In this document: piece after piece, positions 27,453-37,600 of the stretch | Numbering within the stretch: the first letter of the stretch is position 1 | How the letters are laid out: each line of letters opens with the position of its first letter | Source of the DNA: SAR324 cluster bacterium REDSEA-S27_B3 | GTDB taxonomy: Bacteria > SAR324 > NAC60-12 | Reading direction: 5' to 3' | Length of the DNA: 64,000 nucleotides | Assembly (NCBI GenBank): GCA_001627865.1 | Contig: LUQO01000004.1 | Span: 10,384 to 74,383, forward strand | Notes under the pieces: generated by a model | What the model was told of the DNA's origin: nothing | The model's database searches: none | The model's input: the letters and a program-made list of their open reading frames with translations, nothing else | Position numbers and translations under genes: made by a program

Positions 27453-29273
27453 TCAGTGAGTTGCCGCAAGAACGGTTTCACCCTTCGGAATTCTGACTGC
27501 ATCAACCATTTTCTGGGTTGCTTCATCAGGTTCTTCCGTAGCAAGGCTGACAACAATCATAACCACGAGGTTAACTGCACAGCCTATGATACCAAATCGG
27601 AGGTGATCAATACCTATCCAAGGCTCCATTCCTCCCCAACGTACCATGTAGAGATACCAGGTTCCTGCAAGGAATCCACACAACATTCCAGCTATGGCTC
27701 CTTGACGATTGGCACGTTTCCACCAAACACCCAGAACCAGAGGAAAGAACAACCCCGACATGGCAAAGTCGAAAGCCCAGGCGACCGCACCAAGGATGCT
27801 GGTCAATTTCAGACTCGCAACAAAGGCACCTGCGGCACCAAGGACTACGAGCAGAACACGGGCGACGACCAACCTTTTCGCAGTTTCTGCAGTAGGATCG
27901 ATGATCTTGTAGTAAAGGTCATGGGAAAGAGCATTTGCAATTGCCAGCAGCAGTCCATCGGCTGTTGACATCGCGGCTGCCATTCCACCAGCAGCAACAA
28001 GTCCTGAAATTACGTAGGGAAGTCCTGCAATTTCGGGGGTCGCCAGGACCACGATATCCCCACGCATAAAGAACTCGTTGATTTGCAGTATTCCATCCCC
28101 GTTACTGTCGGAAATTGCTAGAAATTTGACTGCACTCCATTTCTGGACCCAATCAATGGCATTCACTTCGGCAATTGCTTTACCAATAATCCCTGTTGCA
28201 AGGTTCGGATCAAGGATCTGAAGCTTGGTAAAGGTCGCCAGAGCCGGCGCGGTGAAATACAGAAGGAAGATGAAAAACAATGACCATCCTACTGAACGTC
28301 TGGCACTCTTCACCGAAGGGGTGGTGAAGTAACGCATAAGAATGTGCGGAAGTGACGCCGTTCCGGCCATCATACAGAAAGCAAGGGTCACGAATTTCCA
28401 GGACGCCATTACACCGCCGGCCGCTACGAATGGCACAGTCAGCGCCTTGAGGCCGGCAAAAGACTCCGTTGGTTTAAGCACCCCTACCTGATGCAGTTGC
28501 TCCAGTTCCGTGACTCTTTGCACCGCATCACCATAAACCAGTTGCGGGATAACTCCAAAACCCTGTTTGTTAGACATCCAGATAACCGGAATGAGATAAG
28601 CGATGATCAGAACGATGTACTGAGCAACCTGAGTCCAGGTCACAGCCCTCATCCCACCGAGCATAGAGCAGAGCAAAATACCTAATAATCCAAACCAGAC
28701 TCCAACTTCAAAAGGAACCTGCAGGGCCCTGGATGCAATAGTTCCGGTCGCATTGATCTGTGCTGTCACGTAGGTGAAGGACGCCACGACCAGAACGATC
28801 ACGCCAAACAAACGTGCCAGATTTCCGCCATAACGCGTTCCAATAAAATCCGGTACCGTATAGCAGCCGAATTTACGCAGATAAGGTGCCATCAAAGAAG
28901 CCACCAAAACATAACCACCGGTCCAACCCACCAAAAAGGCGAGATATCCATGACCGCCAAAATAAATGCCGCCGGCCATTGCGACAAAAGAAGCTCCGGA
29001 CATCCAGTCCGCTGCTGTAGCCATTCCGTTGAACAAGGACGGAACCTGACGTCCAGCCACGTAATAGGCTTCCACTTGCATTGTCCTTGAAAGCCAGCCG
29101 ATTCCCGCATAAACACAAACGGTAAATACGATGAACAGAATTCCAATCGTTTCGGCGCTTAAGCCCATCTGTTCAAGGATTGCCATCAAGATGATGAAGG
29201 CAACAAAACCGCCCGTGTATAATCCATATACTTTAGGCAGCATATCAATAAATGACTTTTTTGTTTGTTCCAT
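27453..29273 (-). CDS. Sodium:solute symporter (SSS family), VC_2705/ActP-like large subunit
   Basis: 606 aa and about 13-14 TM segments with an SSS-family pattern. It is paired with an upstream DUF4212-type small subunit. It contains the inserted EF-hand-like loop DSNGDGILQINE (28074-28109). Confidence 0.9.
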   Translation of the reverse strand: MEQTKKSFIDMLPKVYGLYTGGFVAFIILMAILEQMGLSAETIGILFIVFTVCVYAGIGWLSRTMQVEAYYVAGRQVPSLFNGMATAADWMSGASFVAMAGGIYFGGHGYLAFLVGWTGGYVLVASLMAPYLRKFGCYTVPDFIGTRYGGNLARLFGVIVLVVASFTYVTAQINATGTIASRALQVPFEVGVWFGLLGILLCSMLGGMRAVTWTQVAQYIVLIIAYLIPVIWMSNKQGFGVIPQLVYGDAVQRVTELEQLHQVGVLKPTESFAGLKALTVPFVAAGGVMASWKFVTLAFCMMAGTASLPHILMRYFTTPSVKSARRSVGWSLFFIFLLYFTAPALATFTKLQILDPNLATGIIGKAIAEVNAIDWVQKWSAVKFLAISDSNGDGILQINEFFMRGDIVVLATPEIAGLPYVISGLVAAGGMAAAMSTADGLLLAIANALSHDLYYKIIDPTAETAKRLVVARVLLVVLGAAGAFVASLKLTSILGAVAWAFDFAMSGLFFPLVLGVWWKRANRQGAIAGMLCGFLAGTWYLYMVRWGGMEPWIGIDHLRFGIIGCAVNLVVMIVVSLATEEPDEATQKMVDAVRIPKGETVLAATH

Positions 29274-29284
29274 TCTTCTCTCCT

Positions 29285-29536
29285 TTATTCCTCTTCTGCT
29301 ACACCATATTTATCATCAATCTTCTCCTGCTTGATCGTTAACACAACAATCAGGAGAACAAAGATGGCTAGAGAACCCTGTGAGGCCATGTAAAAGCCGA
29401 AGGGCCATCCAAAAAATGTAAATGAGTTAAGGGAATCCGCGAAAAAAAAGATTCCCATCGAAAAGATGAACCACAGGATTAATATCCATGTGGTCAGGCT
29501 GCGTGTTTCAGCCCAATGTTGTTCAAGTTCACTCAT
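29285..29536 (-). CDS. Putative solute:sodium symporter small subunit (DUF4212)
   Basis: ATG 29536 is preceded by AGGAG and gives 83 aa: MSELEQHWAETRSLTTWILILWFIFSMGIFFFADSLNSFTFFGWPFGFYMASQGSLAIFVLLIV... The two-TM DUF4212 pattern is present. The track ORF extends to 29641. It lies 11 bp upstream of the large subunit. Confidence 0.75.
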   Translation of the reverse strand: MSELEQHWAETRSLTTWILILWFIFSMGIFFFADSLNSFTFFGWPFGFYMASQGSLAIFVLLIVVLTIKQEKIDDKYGVAEEE

Positions 29537-29744
29537 GAGCGCTCCTATCTGGTCTCTATCGGACCAAGGCACGATGAAAACCTCCCGCCGATCCATTTCT
29601 GCAGGAGAATTATCACCACTTGTTACAAAATACCCCCCCAATGGTATTTGAATTAAATTACTAATACAACAGTTTTATGAAAAATTTTGTAAATATTGTT
29701 AAAATGGCATTTATGCGCTTATTCCATGTAAATTATCAGATGAA

Positions 29745-30413
29745 ATGTTAAAAAGATTGTTAAAACCTGTACTTCCATTAATGAAATTTTTAGGGAGTCA
29801 AAATCGAATTGACGAGCTTGAATCCCTAAAGTCTTTTGTTTCAAGCCGCTCCAGTTATGTGGCGCAGGTCAGTCTTTATGGATACCTTAAAGCTCGTGTC
29901 GGTACGCGGTATGTTTCTCTGATCAAGGATCCGCTTTTCGCATCCTCGATGAAAATCGCGCGTAACCGGATTTTTTTGGTCTGCCTGATGGATTTGACCC
30001 TTCATGTGCTGAAAACAATTCATGTCCGAAAACAACAGCATTTTCAAAATTTAGAACTATTTGCCAGTCATTTTTTTATCCAAACCCTGGCAAAAGTCCC
30101 TGAAGAGGTTTTTGAAAGCCTGGAACGCGAGGAAGTCATCCTGGAATTTGATAAACGCTTGAGTAGATATAATTGGTCCGGTTCTGTTGATTCACATGAA
30201 TCTTTTTCCGGAAGCCGATCTGCACTGTTGGAATGGGCGCCTGTTGTGGAAGAATTCAGAATCCAGGACGAGGAAATCGTCTCGAATTCGATTCATTTCA
30301 AATGGCTGCGGGTCTGCCAGGAATTTGAACAACTGACGGACTTTGAAAAGATCAGGCTTGATGCGGACCCAGATCTACCTGATCCAGAGGAAGAAGTTCC
30401 GGTAGGTTCGTGA
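29745..30413 (+). CDS. Hypothetical protein
   Basis: 222 aa with no recognised motifs and an acidic C-terminus. It is convergent with the gspE-like gene. Confidence 0.5.
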   Translation: MLKRLLKPVLPLMKFLGSQNRIDELESLKSFVSSRSSYVAQVSLYGYLKARVGTRYVSLIKDPLFASSMKIARNRIFLVCLMDLTLHVLKTIHVRKQQHFQNLELFASHFFIQTLAKVPEEVFESLEREEVILEFDKRLSRYNWSGSVDSHESFSGSRSALLEWAPVVEEFRIQDEEIVSNSIHFKWLRVCQEFEQLTDFEKIRLDADPDLPDPEEEVPVGS

Positions 30414-30665
30414 AAGACCCGGAATTGGGGTCATCCTCCAATGTTCGAGTCAGATATGGGTGAGAATTCCCAACCGATGAACCCTTCAAATTCCGTAAGT
30501 TTCCCTTTCTTCCGCAGTCTTACTCAACTACTCACCCAGAATGCCTCCTTCAGATCGGTAAACTCTGAAGATGATGAAGGTTTCTCCTTTTCCTTCTTCA
30601 TCATATTCAAAGGTTTAATCTTACAAAAGGAACAAATGAATTTAAATAAAATTTCAGTGCATCCT

Positions 30666-32378
30666 TTATGTAGAAGTAATGGTCAGAATTTCCTCAGCAG
30701 TTGTTAAACCGTGCAGAATTTTATTCACACCATCACGCCGTAAAGTGATCATTTTTTCCTTCAATCCCTGCTTTTTTATTGACGCAGAATCGCTGTTTTC
30801 CAGGACAGTGTTTTTGATGCCATCACTCATTTCTAATAATTCGTGAATCCCTATCCGTCCACGATAACCGGTTCCACGGCATTTTTCGCATCCTTCTCCT
30901 TTATAGAACTTTTTCCCTATTTTCCGGAAGCTTTCAGCGTCAATCCCCAATTCCCGGAGTTGTTCCGGATGCGGTTTGTAACTTACTTTACATTCCGGAC
31001 AAATACGACGTACCAGTCGTTGGGCAAGCACACCGATTATTGTTGATGAGACAAGGAATGGTTCAATACCCATATCAATCAGGCGTGTTATCGTGGCAGG
31101 CGCGCTGTTGGTGTGAACAGTGCTGAAAACAAGATGCCCGGTCAAAGCAGACTGAATGGCAATTTGCGCGGTTTCAGAGTCACGCATCTCTCCTACCATA
31201 ATAACATCAGGATCCTGTCTCAACACCGATCGCAAAGCGTTTGCAAAGGTCAAACCGAGCTTCGGCTTTATTTCAATCTGACTGTAACCCGCAAGCTTGT
31301 ATTCAACAGGGTCTTCGATGGTGATTACATTGCGTGCTTCATGATCAATTTCAGCCAGTGACGCGTAGAGCGTTGTTGTTTTTCCGCTGCCTGTGGGACC
31401 GGTAACAAGTATGATTCCACCGCTGCTGTGTACCAAATTCTCATATGGTTTCAGTATGTATTTTGCCAAACCCAGCTGTCGCAGATGCATCAATTTTTCA
31501 TCCTGATAAAGCATCCTCATCACAATTTTTTCGCCGTGCACAGTCGGCGCTGTTGAAACCCTGATGTCAATTTTTCTACCCGCAATCAGCACCATTGAGC
31601 GTCCATCCTGGGGCAATCCTTTCTGGGCAATATCAAGTCTGGACATAACCTTGACGCGATTTACCACAGTCACATGCACAAGACGAGGAAAAACAGTTAC
31701 TTGCTGCAATACTCCGTCAATACGATATCTGACAACCGAATCGCGTGGAGTTGGATCTATGTGAACATCGCTTGCTTCCTCTTTTGCCGCCTGCCAAAGC
31801 AGACTGTTTACCAGACGTTTAATTGGTTCTTCATCGGTCGCGTCCAATAAATCTTCCGGTTCCTCTACCGCCAGAATATTTTCATACGTTTCTTCTGAAT
31901 CCAACTGGTCCACTGCTTCCTCAGTGGAGACAGAAGATTCGTCATAAGCACGATTAATCAAATCCAGCACTGCCTGCTTGTGTGAAAGAATCGGTTCAAT
32001 GTGACACTTAAAATGCCTGGCCAGATCATCCAAAGGCTGTGACAGTGCGGGATTTTCAATGGCAACTTCCAATTTGTTTCGCTCTTTCTTCAGCGGGAAG
32101 AAGATATTTCTTTTTGCGTAACGTATCGGAATGAATTCAGTAAATTCCCTCACAACCGGAAAATCATTAAAATTCTCCCTGTACTCCAGTTCGTAATAGG
32201 ATGCTAAAGCCTGTTGAAATACAGCTTCACTGGTGACTTTATGCTTAATCAATGCTTCTTTCACTCCGTCGGTGTTTTCACGGTAAGCCAGCATTTGCTC
32301 ATGCAGCGGTTCCAGTGAATCCGGAGACATTCCGTACCTTTCTACTAATATTTCAACAACCGGGTGGTAGTTATTCAT
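30666..32378 (-). CDS. gspE: GspE/PilB/MshE-family secretion ATPase
   Basis: 570 aa. It has an N-terminal T2SSE_N-like domain. Walker A is GPTGSGKTTT, the Asp box and Walker B are DPDVIMVGEMRD, and the His box is GHLVFSTVHTN. The tetracysteine Zn motif is CPECK...CEKCRGTGYRGR. Confidence 0.95.
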   Translation of the reverse strand: MNNYHPVVEILVERYGMSPDSLEPLHEQMLAYRENTDGVKEALIKHKVTSEAVFQQALASYYELEYRENFNDFPVVREFTEFIPIRYAKRNIFFPLKKERNKLEVAIENPALSQPLDDLARHFKCHIEPILSHKQAVLDLINRAYDESSVSTEEAVDQLDSEETYENILAVEEPEDLLDATDEEPIKRLVNSLLWQAAKEEASDVHIDPTPRDSVVRYRIDGVLQQVTVFPRLVHVTVVNRVKVMSRLDIAQKGLPQDGRSMVLIAGRKIDIRVSTAPTVHGEKIVMRMLYQDEKLMHLRQLGLAKYILKPYENLVHSSGGIILVTGPTGSGKTTTLYASLAEIDHEARNVITIEDPVEYKLAGYSQIEIKPKLGLTFANALRSVLRQDPDVIMVGEMRDSETAQIAIQSALTGHLVFSTVHTNSAPATITRLIDMGIEPFLVSSTIIGVLAQRLVRRICPECKVSYKPHPEQLRELGIDAESFRKIGKKFYKGEGCEKCRGTGYRGRIGIHELLEMSDGIKNTVLENSDSASIKKQGLKEKMITLRRDGVNKILHGLTTAEEILTITST

Positions 32379-32397
32379 TTATAATTTTACTTCCGGA

Positions 32398-32904
32398 TCA
32401 GCGTTTCAGTTCCAGGGTGATTGTTGTTTCACCGTCAATTTCCTTCAAAACAACCAAATTTTTAGCTATTCGCTTTACGTATACTTCATCCAGCCACTCT
32501 CCCTGCTGTACGAAATACTTAACTTTTTTTTCATCAATAAAAGCATAGCGACCTTCTGAAGTTTCAATAATATCCTCCAATTTCAGCATGCGGGATAATT
32601 GATCAGTTCTTGAAAAAACGGCTTTTTTTGGGGACGTTTTCTTAAGAGAACCTTTTGAAACTTTTGTCTGCTTTGGGACTTTCTTTTTTACAACCCGGGT
32701 TTTCTGCTTGTTTATCGATGGTGATTTAGAGGCCACAGAAGCAGATTTAGTCTGTGTTTTAATTACAGGCAGTAAACTGCGAAATGGATTATGTTTAGAA
32801 TCTTTGGAATCTGTTTTGGCCGGAATGCAATCAGGTAAAATAATTCCTGAGGTTATAAAAAAGTAAAGTAAGACCGAAGCCCATAACCTTGTTCTAATAA
32901 TCAT
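32398..32904 (-). CDS. Exported protein with a Lys-rich linker and a small C-terminal beta domain (PilP/GspC/MshK-like by architecture)
   Basis: 168 aa. It has an N-terminal hydrophobic signal and a low-complexity K/S/T-rich linker. The C-terminal part, LKLEDIIETSEGRYAFIDEKKVKYFVQQGEWLDEVYVKRIAKNLVVLKE, resembles the PilP/GspC HR-domain pattern. There is a 4-bp overlap with the upstream gene. The assignment is an inference. Confidence 0.5.
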   Translation of the reverse strand: MIIRTRLWASVLLYFFITSGIILPDCIPAKTDSKDSKHNPFRSLLPVIKTQTKSASVASKSPSINKQKTRVVKKKVPKQTKVSKGSLKKTSPKKAVFSRTDQLSRMLKLEDIIETSEGRYAFIDEKKVKYFVQQGEWLDEVYVKRIAKNLVVLKEIDGETTITLELKR

Positions 32905-33503
32905 AGTTTTTTCTTGGTTGCGATCAGTCCTAGTCTTTTGTATACCGACAAAATCATTTCAATTTTCAACTTTGGATCCCTCGATTCAGGGGTTGGATTT
33001 TCAACATGAAGCTTTTCCAGTACCAGCAATCTAGGGGCCTGTTTCAATATCTGCAGAAATTGCTGCAGTTGCACATATTTACCATTCAATTTCAAGTGAA
33101 TATCCAAAGACTGATACAATGCTTGTGGGGTTTGTTCCTGCAAAGTTTGTTCTTCGAATATCAATCCATTATTCTGGATCGCTTTTGTGAGCCAGCGTAA
33201 AAGTTCCGCTCGCTTCCACTGAATTGGAAGCAGCTTTGTCAGAACACTTTCCCGCTCCTGCAAAGACTTACTGTCATAGACCTGTTCAGCTTTGATGTTG
33301 GCTGCTTTGACCTTTTTCAGGCCATTATTTATTTGTTCAATCTGGGCAAGCAATTGCTTTTGCCGATTCAATTCCGGAGCTAAAAAAAAGTTATGATACA
33401 GCAGAACCGCCAGCACTGCCAAAAGCCCGGCCAGTATGAATTGACGAATCCGTACACAAAAAAAATCTGTAAAAGTAATATTTGAACTTGGGTCTGAAGT
33501 CAT
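32901..33503 (-). CDS. Bitopic membrane protein, PilO/GspM/MshJ-like
   Basis: 200 aa. A short cytoplasmic N-terminus precedes one TM (FILAGLLAVLAVLLY), a coiled coil, and a C-terminal domain reading LDIHLKLNGKYVQLQQFLQILKQAPRLLVLEKLHV, typical of PilO/GspM. Confidence 0.55.
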   Translation of the reverse strand: MTSDPSSNITFTDFFCVRIRQFILAGLLAVLAVLLYHNFFLAPELNRQKQLLAQIEQINNGLKKVKAANIKAEQVYDSKSLQERESVLTKLLPIQWKRAELLRWLTKAIQNNGLIFEEQTLQEQTPQALYQSLDIHLKLNGKYVQLQQFLQILKQAPRLLVLEKLHVENPTPESRDPKLKIEMILSVYKRLGLIATKKKL

Positions 33504-33524
33504 GGCTCTCTTACTGAAAATTTC

Positions 33525-34604
33525 TTAATAGCGATTTTGCATGACTATTCGTTTCCTATAAAAAATGAATACTAAAGCAAATAACAGAAGCAGTATAACT
33601 ACTGAAATGCCTGCATATTGGAGGGAATGAACAGGGACATTGCTGATCTTGAATTTCAGTTGATTTGAATCTGACACCTTGCTTTTCCATGCCAGAAATG
33701 TTGTTTCCTGCATGTTTTGTTTTCCAAAAAATATCAGCTGTTCGGACTTAATTTGCAAATGTCCTTCAGGTGTGAAGACAGACACTTTATCCAATGAATG
33801 GTTAAATTCCCTGTACATTGTCAAGCTTCCAAACCAGACAGCAAGATTATACTGAAATAATATCTGTGTGTTGCCAGGCGGGAAAACATGATTGATTACT
33901 AATTGACCACTTTCGATACTATAATCTATCGCATCTCCGGCTTTGCTTTGAATCATGTGGAATTTTTCCATTCCCTTTGGAAGTGTATGAACAAGGGGGC
34001 GAGGTCTTGTATCAATTCTATCTGAAGAGGTATTATTAAAAGACAATACCTCTGTCACTGTGACTGAACTTAAACCGGCTTCAATCACGAGTGAAACCTG
34101 GATAGTTTCCAGTTTGTTTACATCTGTGGAAATACCAGGAATAACAATGTCATTTTCCACGAATGTCTCTCCCGGTTTGATAAAAAAAACATTTGAACTG
34201 TATAATTTCCCATCTACTCGAGTACCCAGTTGATAGCCTGCCTGCAAATCTGCATTGACATTAGTAAATTCAAACTCCCCCTTTGTATTTGATTTCACAC
34301 GGCCTTGTGGACCAACCGGTGTTACCTGACCTTCAGGATTCAGCACCAATTTCAATAAAACAACATTTAAACCTTTTTCAGGCATCTGATCAGCTGCAGG
34401 CAATCGTACTTTGCCTTTAACAGTAATGTTATTAGACTTTGCCTGATTTTCTGAAAAAACCAAATTGGGTATTGACAAAGAAAAAAGGATGATCGCAATA
34501 ATTTTGCAAATAAGTAATCCTTGAAGATTTTTCCTGTGATGACGATGGCAGAAAAAAGCAGTTTTTGTTCCTGAAGCCTTTATCCTTTTCCCAAGCTGTT
34601 TCAT
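33525..34604 (-). CDS. Exported beta-rich protein with an N-terminal CarboxypepD_reg-like domain and a C-terminal TM anchor
   Basis: 359 aa. The signal/TM is IIAIILFSLSIPNLVFS. The segment ITVKGKVRLP...SNTKGEFEFTNV has the pattern of carboxypeptidase-regulatory-like folds. The C-terminal TM is AGISVVILLLLFALVFIFY. There is a 4-bp ATGA overlap with the TPR gene. Confidence 0.5.
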   Translation of the reverse strand: MKQLGKRIKASGTKTAFFCHRHHRKNLQGLLICKIIAIILFSLSIPNLVFSENQAKSNNITVKGKVRLPAADQMPEKGLNVVLLKLVLNPEGQVTPVGPQGRVKSNTKGEFEFTNVNADLQAGYQLGTRVDGKLYSSNVFFIKPGETFVENDIVIPGISTDVNKLETIQVSLVIEAGLSSVTVTEVLSFNNTSSDRIDTRPRPLVHTLPKGMEKFHMIQSKAGDAIDYSIESGQLVINHVFPPGNTQILFQYNLAVWFGSLTMYREFNHSLDKVSVFTPEGHLQIKSEQLIFFGKQNMQETTFLAWKSKVSDSNQLKFKISNVPVHSLQYAGISVVILLLLFALVFIFYRKRIVMQNRY

Positions 34605-37600
34605 CCTTGCGAAGCCTTTAGGGATTTAAGATATTGTGCAATCTCTTTTGCTTTTTGTTCAGCAACTTTTTGAATTTGTTTTAATTTTGCAGGCGAACGT
34701 GCTTTGGCAGCCAGCCGATAATGCATTAATGCGGAATTCCAGTTTTCCTTGCTATGATACAATGTCCCCAGTTCAAAGTGTGTCTGTACGTAAAGTGAAG
34801 ATGTTTTTGGAATTTTCCTTCCGGACAGTTCTTTTAACCTCTTCAATGCAATATCCGGTTTGTTCGCATCACGGTCCAGTTTAGCCACCCAATATGCCGC
34901 CTGCAATTCCTGGGAAGTGGAACCTCCACCATCTGAACGCAAAAGCCATATTCTGGCATTTTTTGTTTGTTTGAGATTGAAAAACTGATGGTATCCTATC
35001 AGGTAAGCGTAAGCACGATACTCTTTCTTTGGACGGGTGGATTTCTTGAGAGCACTGTAAGCACGCTTGTATATATACACTAGAGAATTATAATCTTTTG
35101 TACGTTCATAAAGACGTTTCAATTCCCCAACTATTTGCAAAACAAGATCAATATTTTCATCAGGCACCTTCTTGAGCGCCCTTCTGTAGTAGCCTTTTGC
35201 ACGTTTATAACCTCCTAATTTTTCGGCAGCGTAACCCTGGTCAATCTGAGCTTCTAAAGTGAGAGTCTTTGGTTTATTATAATGTGCAAGAAGAGCATAG
35301 GCATCAAGTATCCCATTATATTTTTCACTTCCGGATTTCTGGTTTTCTGCAAAAAGCAGAAACTGAAAATTTTCGTCATCTAATTTTCTTTTATTAGCTT
35401 TAACCTCCTTGTAAATTGCCTGCGTTACTTTAGACCATTCTTCTTTTTCAATCCATTTTTGGAATGATCTTTTTGCAAGAAAGGTTTTGATCTCTTCCTG
35501 CTTATTTTTTTCCTTTTCGTTTAGTGGTTTGACTTTCAAGGCACGTTGATAAAACTCAATGGATATTTCTTTTTTTCCCAGCTTCTCAGCGGCAGTGGCC
35601 TGGTCTATCAATGCATCCAATGTTTCGGACTGTTCCCTGTTATGTTTACGCAAAAGAGCATATGCTCTCAAGACTCCAGACCAGTTATCCAGTTTTTTTT
35701 CCGCAAACAGCAACTGAGAAAAACGCTGATCATCAAGAGTGGCACGGCCTGCCTTCACTTCTGTGCGAATGAAGGACGATAACCCCGCCCAATTTTCCTG
35801 TCTTGTCAGTTCCTGAAGTTGGCTTTCTGAGATGTATTTTTGGAGCTGAGCTAAATTTTGTTTGTCTTCCGGAAAGGAATTCTTCCAGCGCTCGTATATT
35901 ATTTTTATCCTTTCAAGTCGCTGAAAATCCTGCCTCCGTTGTGAAGCAAAAATCCACAGCTTATAATATGGGATTGTCATTGCGGGAGATTTTCTTTCAT
36001 AAACCCCTTGTAACTCCCAAGTTATTGACTTCCAGTCTTCAAGCTGTTTATGTGATTCAAGCAGCATGCGAATAGATTGTTCACGATATTTGTCAACTTC
36101 TCGAATTATGCGGAAATCTGCCCTAGCTTCTTCCCACTTTTGTTTATCAAAGAGACAACTGCCCCGCAAAAAAAGGAGATGCTGCCACTCTTCAACATTT
36201 GAATTTTTTGATTTTTTCAGATAACCGGGGTTTTGGTTCAACTCTGAGATTAACTTGTCACATTTCCCCTGTTCATAGTATTCAAGAAATAACTGAGTTT
36301 GAAATTCGTGACGATCACCAGCTGCTAATTTTGGATTATTTTTAACTTCATTAAGAAACTGCATGTACTTTTCTTCTGAGGCAGTATCCCGGTAAAGAGC
36401 CATTAATGTATGTAAAAGGTCAATATTCCCTTGAAATTCGGGGGCTTGACGAGCATTTTCAAATGCTGCTAATGCAAGAAAAGGCTGCTTAGTTTCAAGA
36501 TAAAGGTAACCTAACCTAAGCTGGGTATCTGCGAGATGTTCACCAGCCCCATCGGCTAAATATTTTTCAAAGATCTTTATCGCCTTTTTTTTCTGTTTGC
36601 TTTCAAGATATAAAAAACCTAATCTGAGCTGTGTTTCAGCAGTATGTTCTCCTCCACCTGAGGCTAGATACTGCTCAAAGTTCTTGATAGCCTTTTTGGG
36701 TTGTTTGTTTTCTATATATATTAATCCTAATCTGAGCAGGGTCTGAGCGGTGTGTTCTCCTCCGCCTTCGGCAAGGTATTTTTCAAAGACTTCAATAGCT
36801 TTTTGGGGTTGCTTGTTCTCAAGATATAGGTAAGCTAATCTGATTTGGGTCTCGACTTTATGCATTCTGTCACCCTCAGCAAGGTATTTTTCAAAAACTT
36901 CAATAGCCTTGTCAGGCTGTTTAGTTTCAAGATAAAGCGAGGCTAGCCTGAGTTGGATCTCGTCTTTATGTTCTGTTTCTCCATCAGCAAGGTATTTTTC
37001 AAAAACTTCAATAGCTTTTTGAGGCTGTTTTGTTTCAACATAGAGGTAAGCTAGCCTAAGTTGGGTTTCAGCTTTATGTTCAACCACGTCTCCTGAAAGA
37101 TATTTACCATATATTTCTATAGCCTTGTTGGGCTGCTGTGTTTCAAGATAAAGCGAGGCCAGCTTGAGTTGAATCTCAGCCACATGTTCAGACTCACCCC
37201 CAGATAGATATTGTTCATAGACTTCAATGGCATTTATAGGCTGCTGATTTTCAAGATAAAGCGATGCCAGTCTGAGTTGAATCTCAGCCACTAGCTCATT
37301 CTCACCTACAGAAAGATATTGTCTAAAGACTTCAATAGCCTTTTCAGGTTGTTTAGTCTCAAGATAAAGCGATGCCAGCCTGAGTTGAATCTCAGCCACT
37401 TGCTTATTCTCACCCCCAGCAAGATATTGTACATAGACTTCAATGGCTTTTTTGGGCTGCTGAGTTTCAAGATAAAGAGAGGCTAACCTGAGTTGGATCT
37501 CACCTGCATGCTCTACCTCTTCTCCGGAAAGATATTGTTTATAGACTTCAATTGCCTGTTTAGGCTGTTTGGTCTCAAGATAAAGCGAAGCTAACCTGAG

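Noticed and set aside
27456-27968. 170-aa plus-strand ORF opposite the symporter
   Set aside because: It is antisense to a 606-aa SSS transporter with coherent TM architecture. Its basic, low-complexity translation is a shadow frame.
30441-30707. 88-aa plus-strand ORF in the convergent gap after the 222-aa gene
   Set aside because: It overlaps the 3' end of the gspE-like gene, has a low-complexity translation and lacks an RBS. The region more likely holds convergent terminators, for example the imperfect GATGATGAAGG...CCTTCTTCATCAT inverted repeat.
32180-32378. MshEN-type c-di-GMP-binding motif in the ATPase N-terminus
   Set aside because: The N-terminal 65 aa (MNNYHPVVEILVERYGMSPDSLEPLHEQM...) do not convincingly match the RLGxxLLxxGLIxxxQL tandem motif as I remember it. 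I leave this unassigned pending an HMM search.
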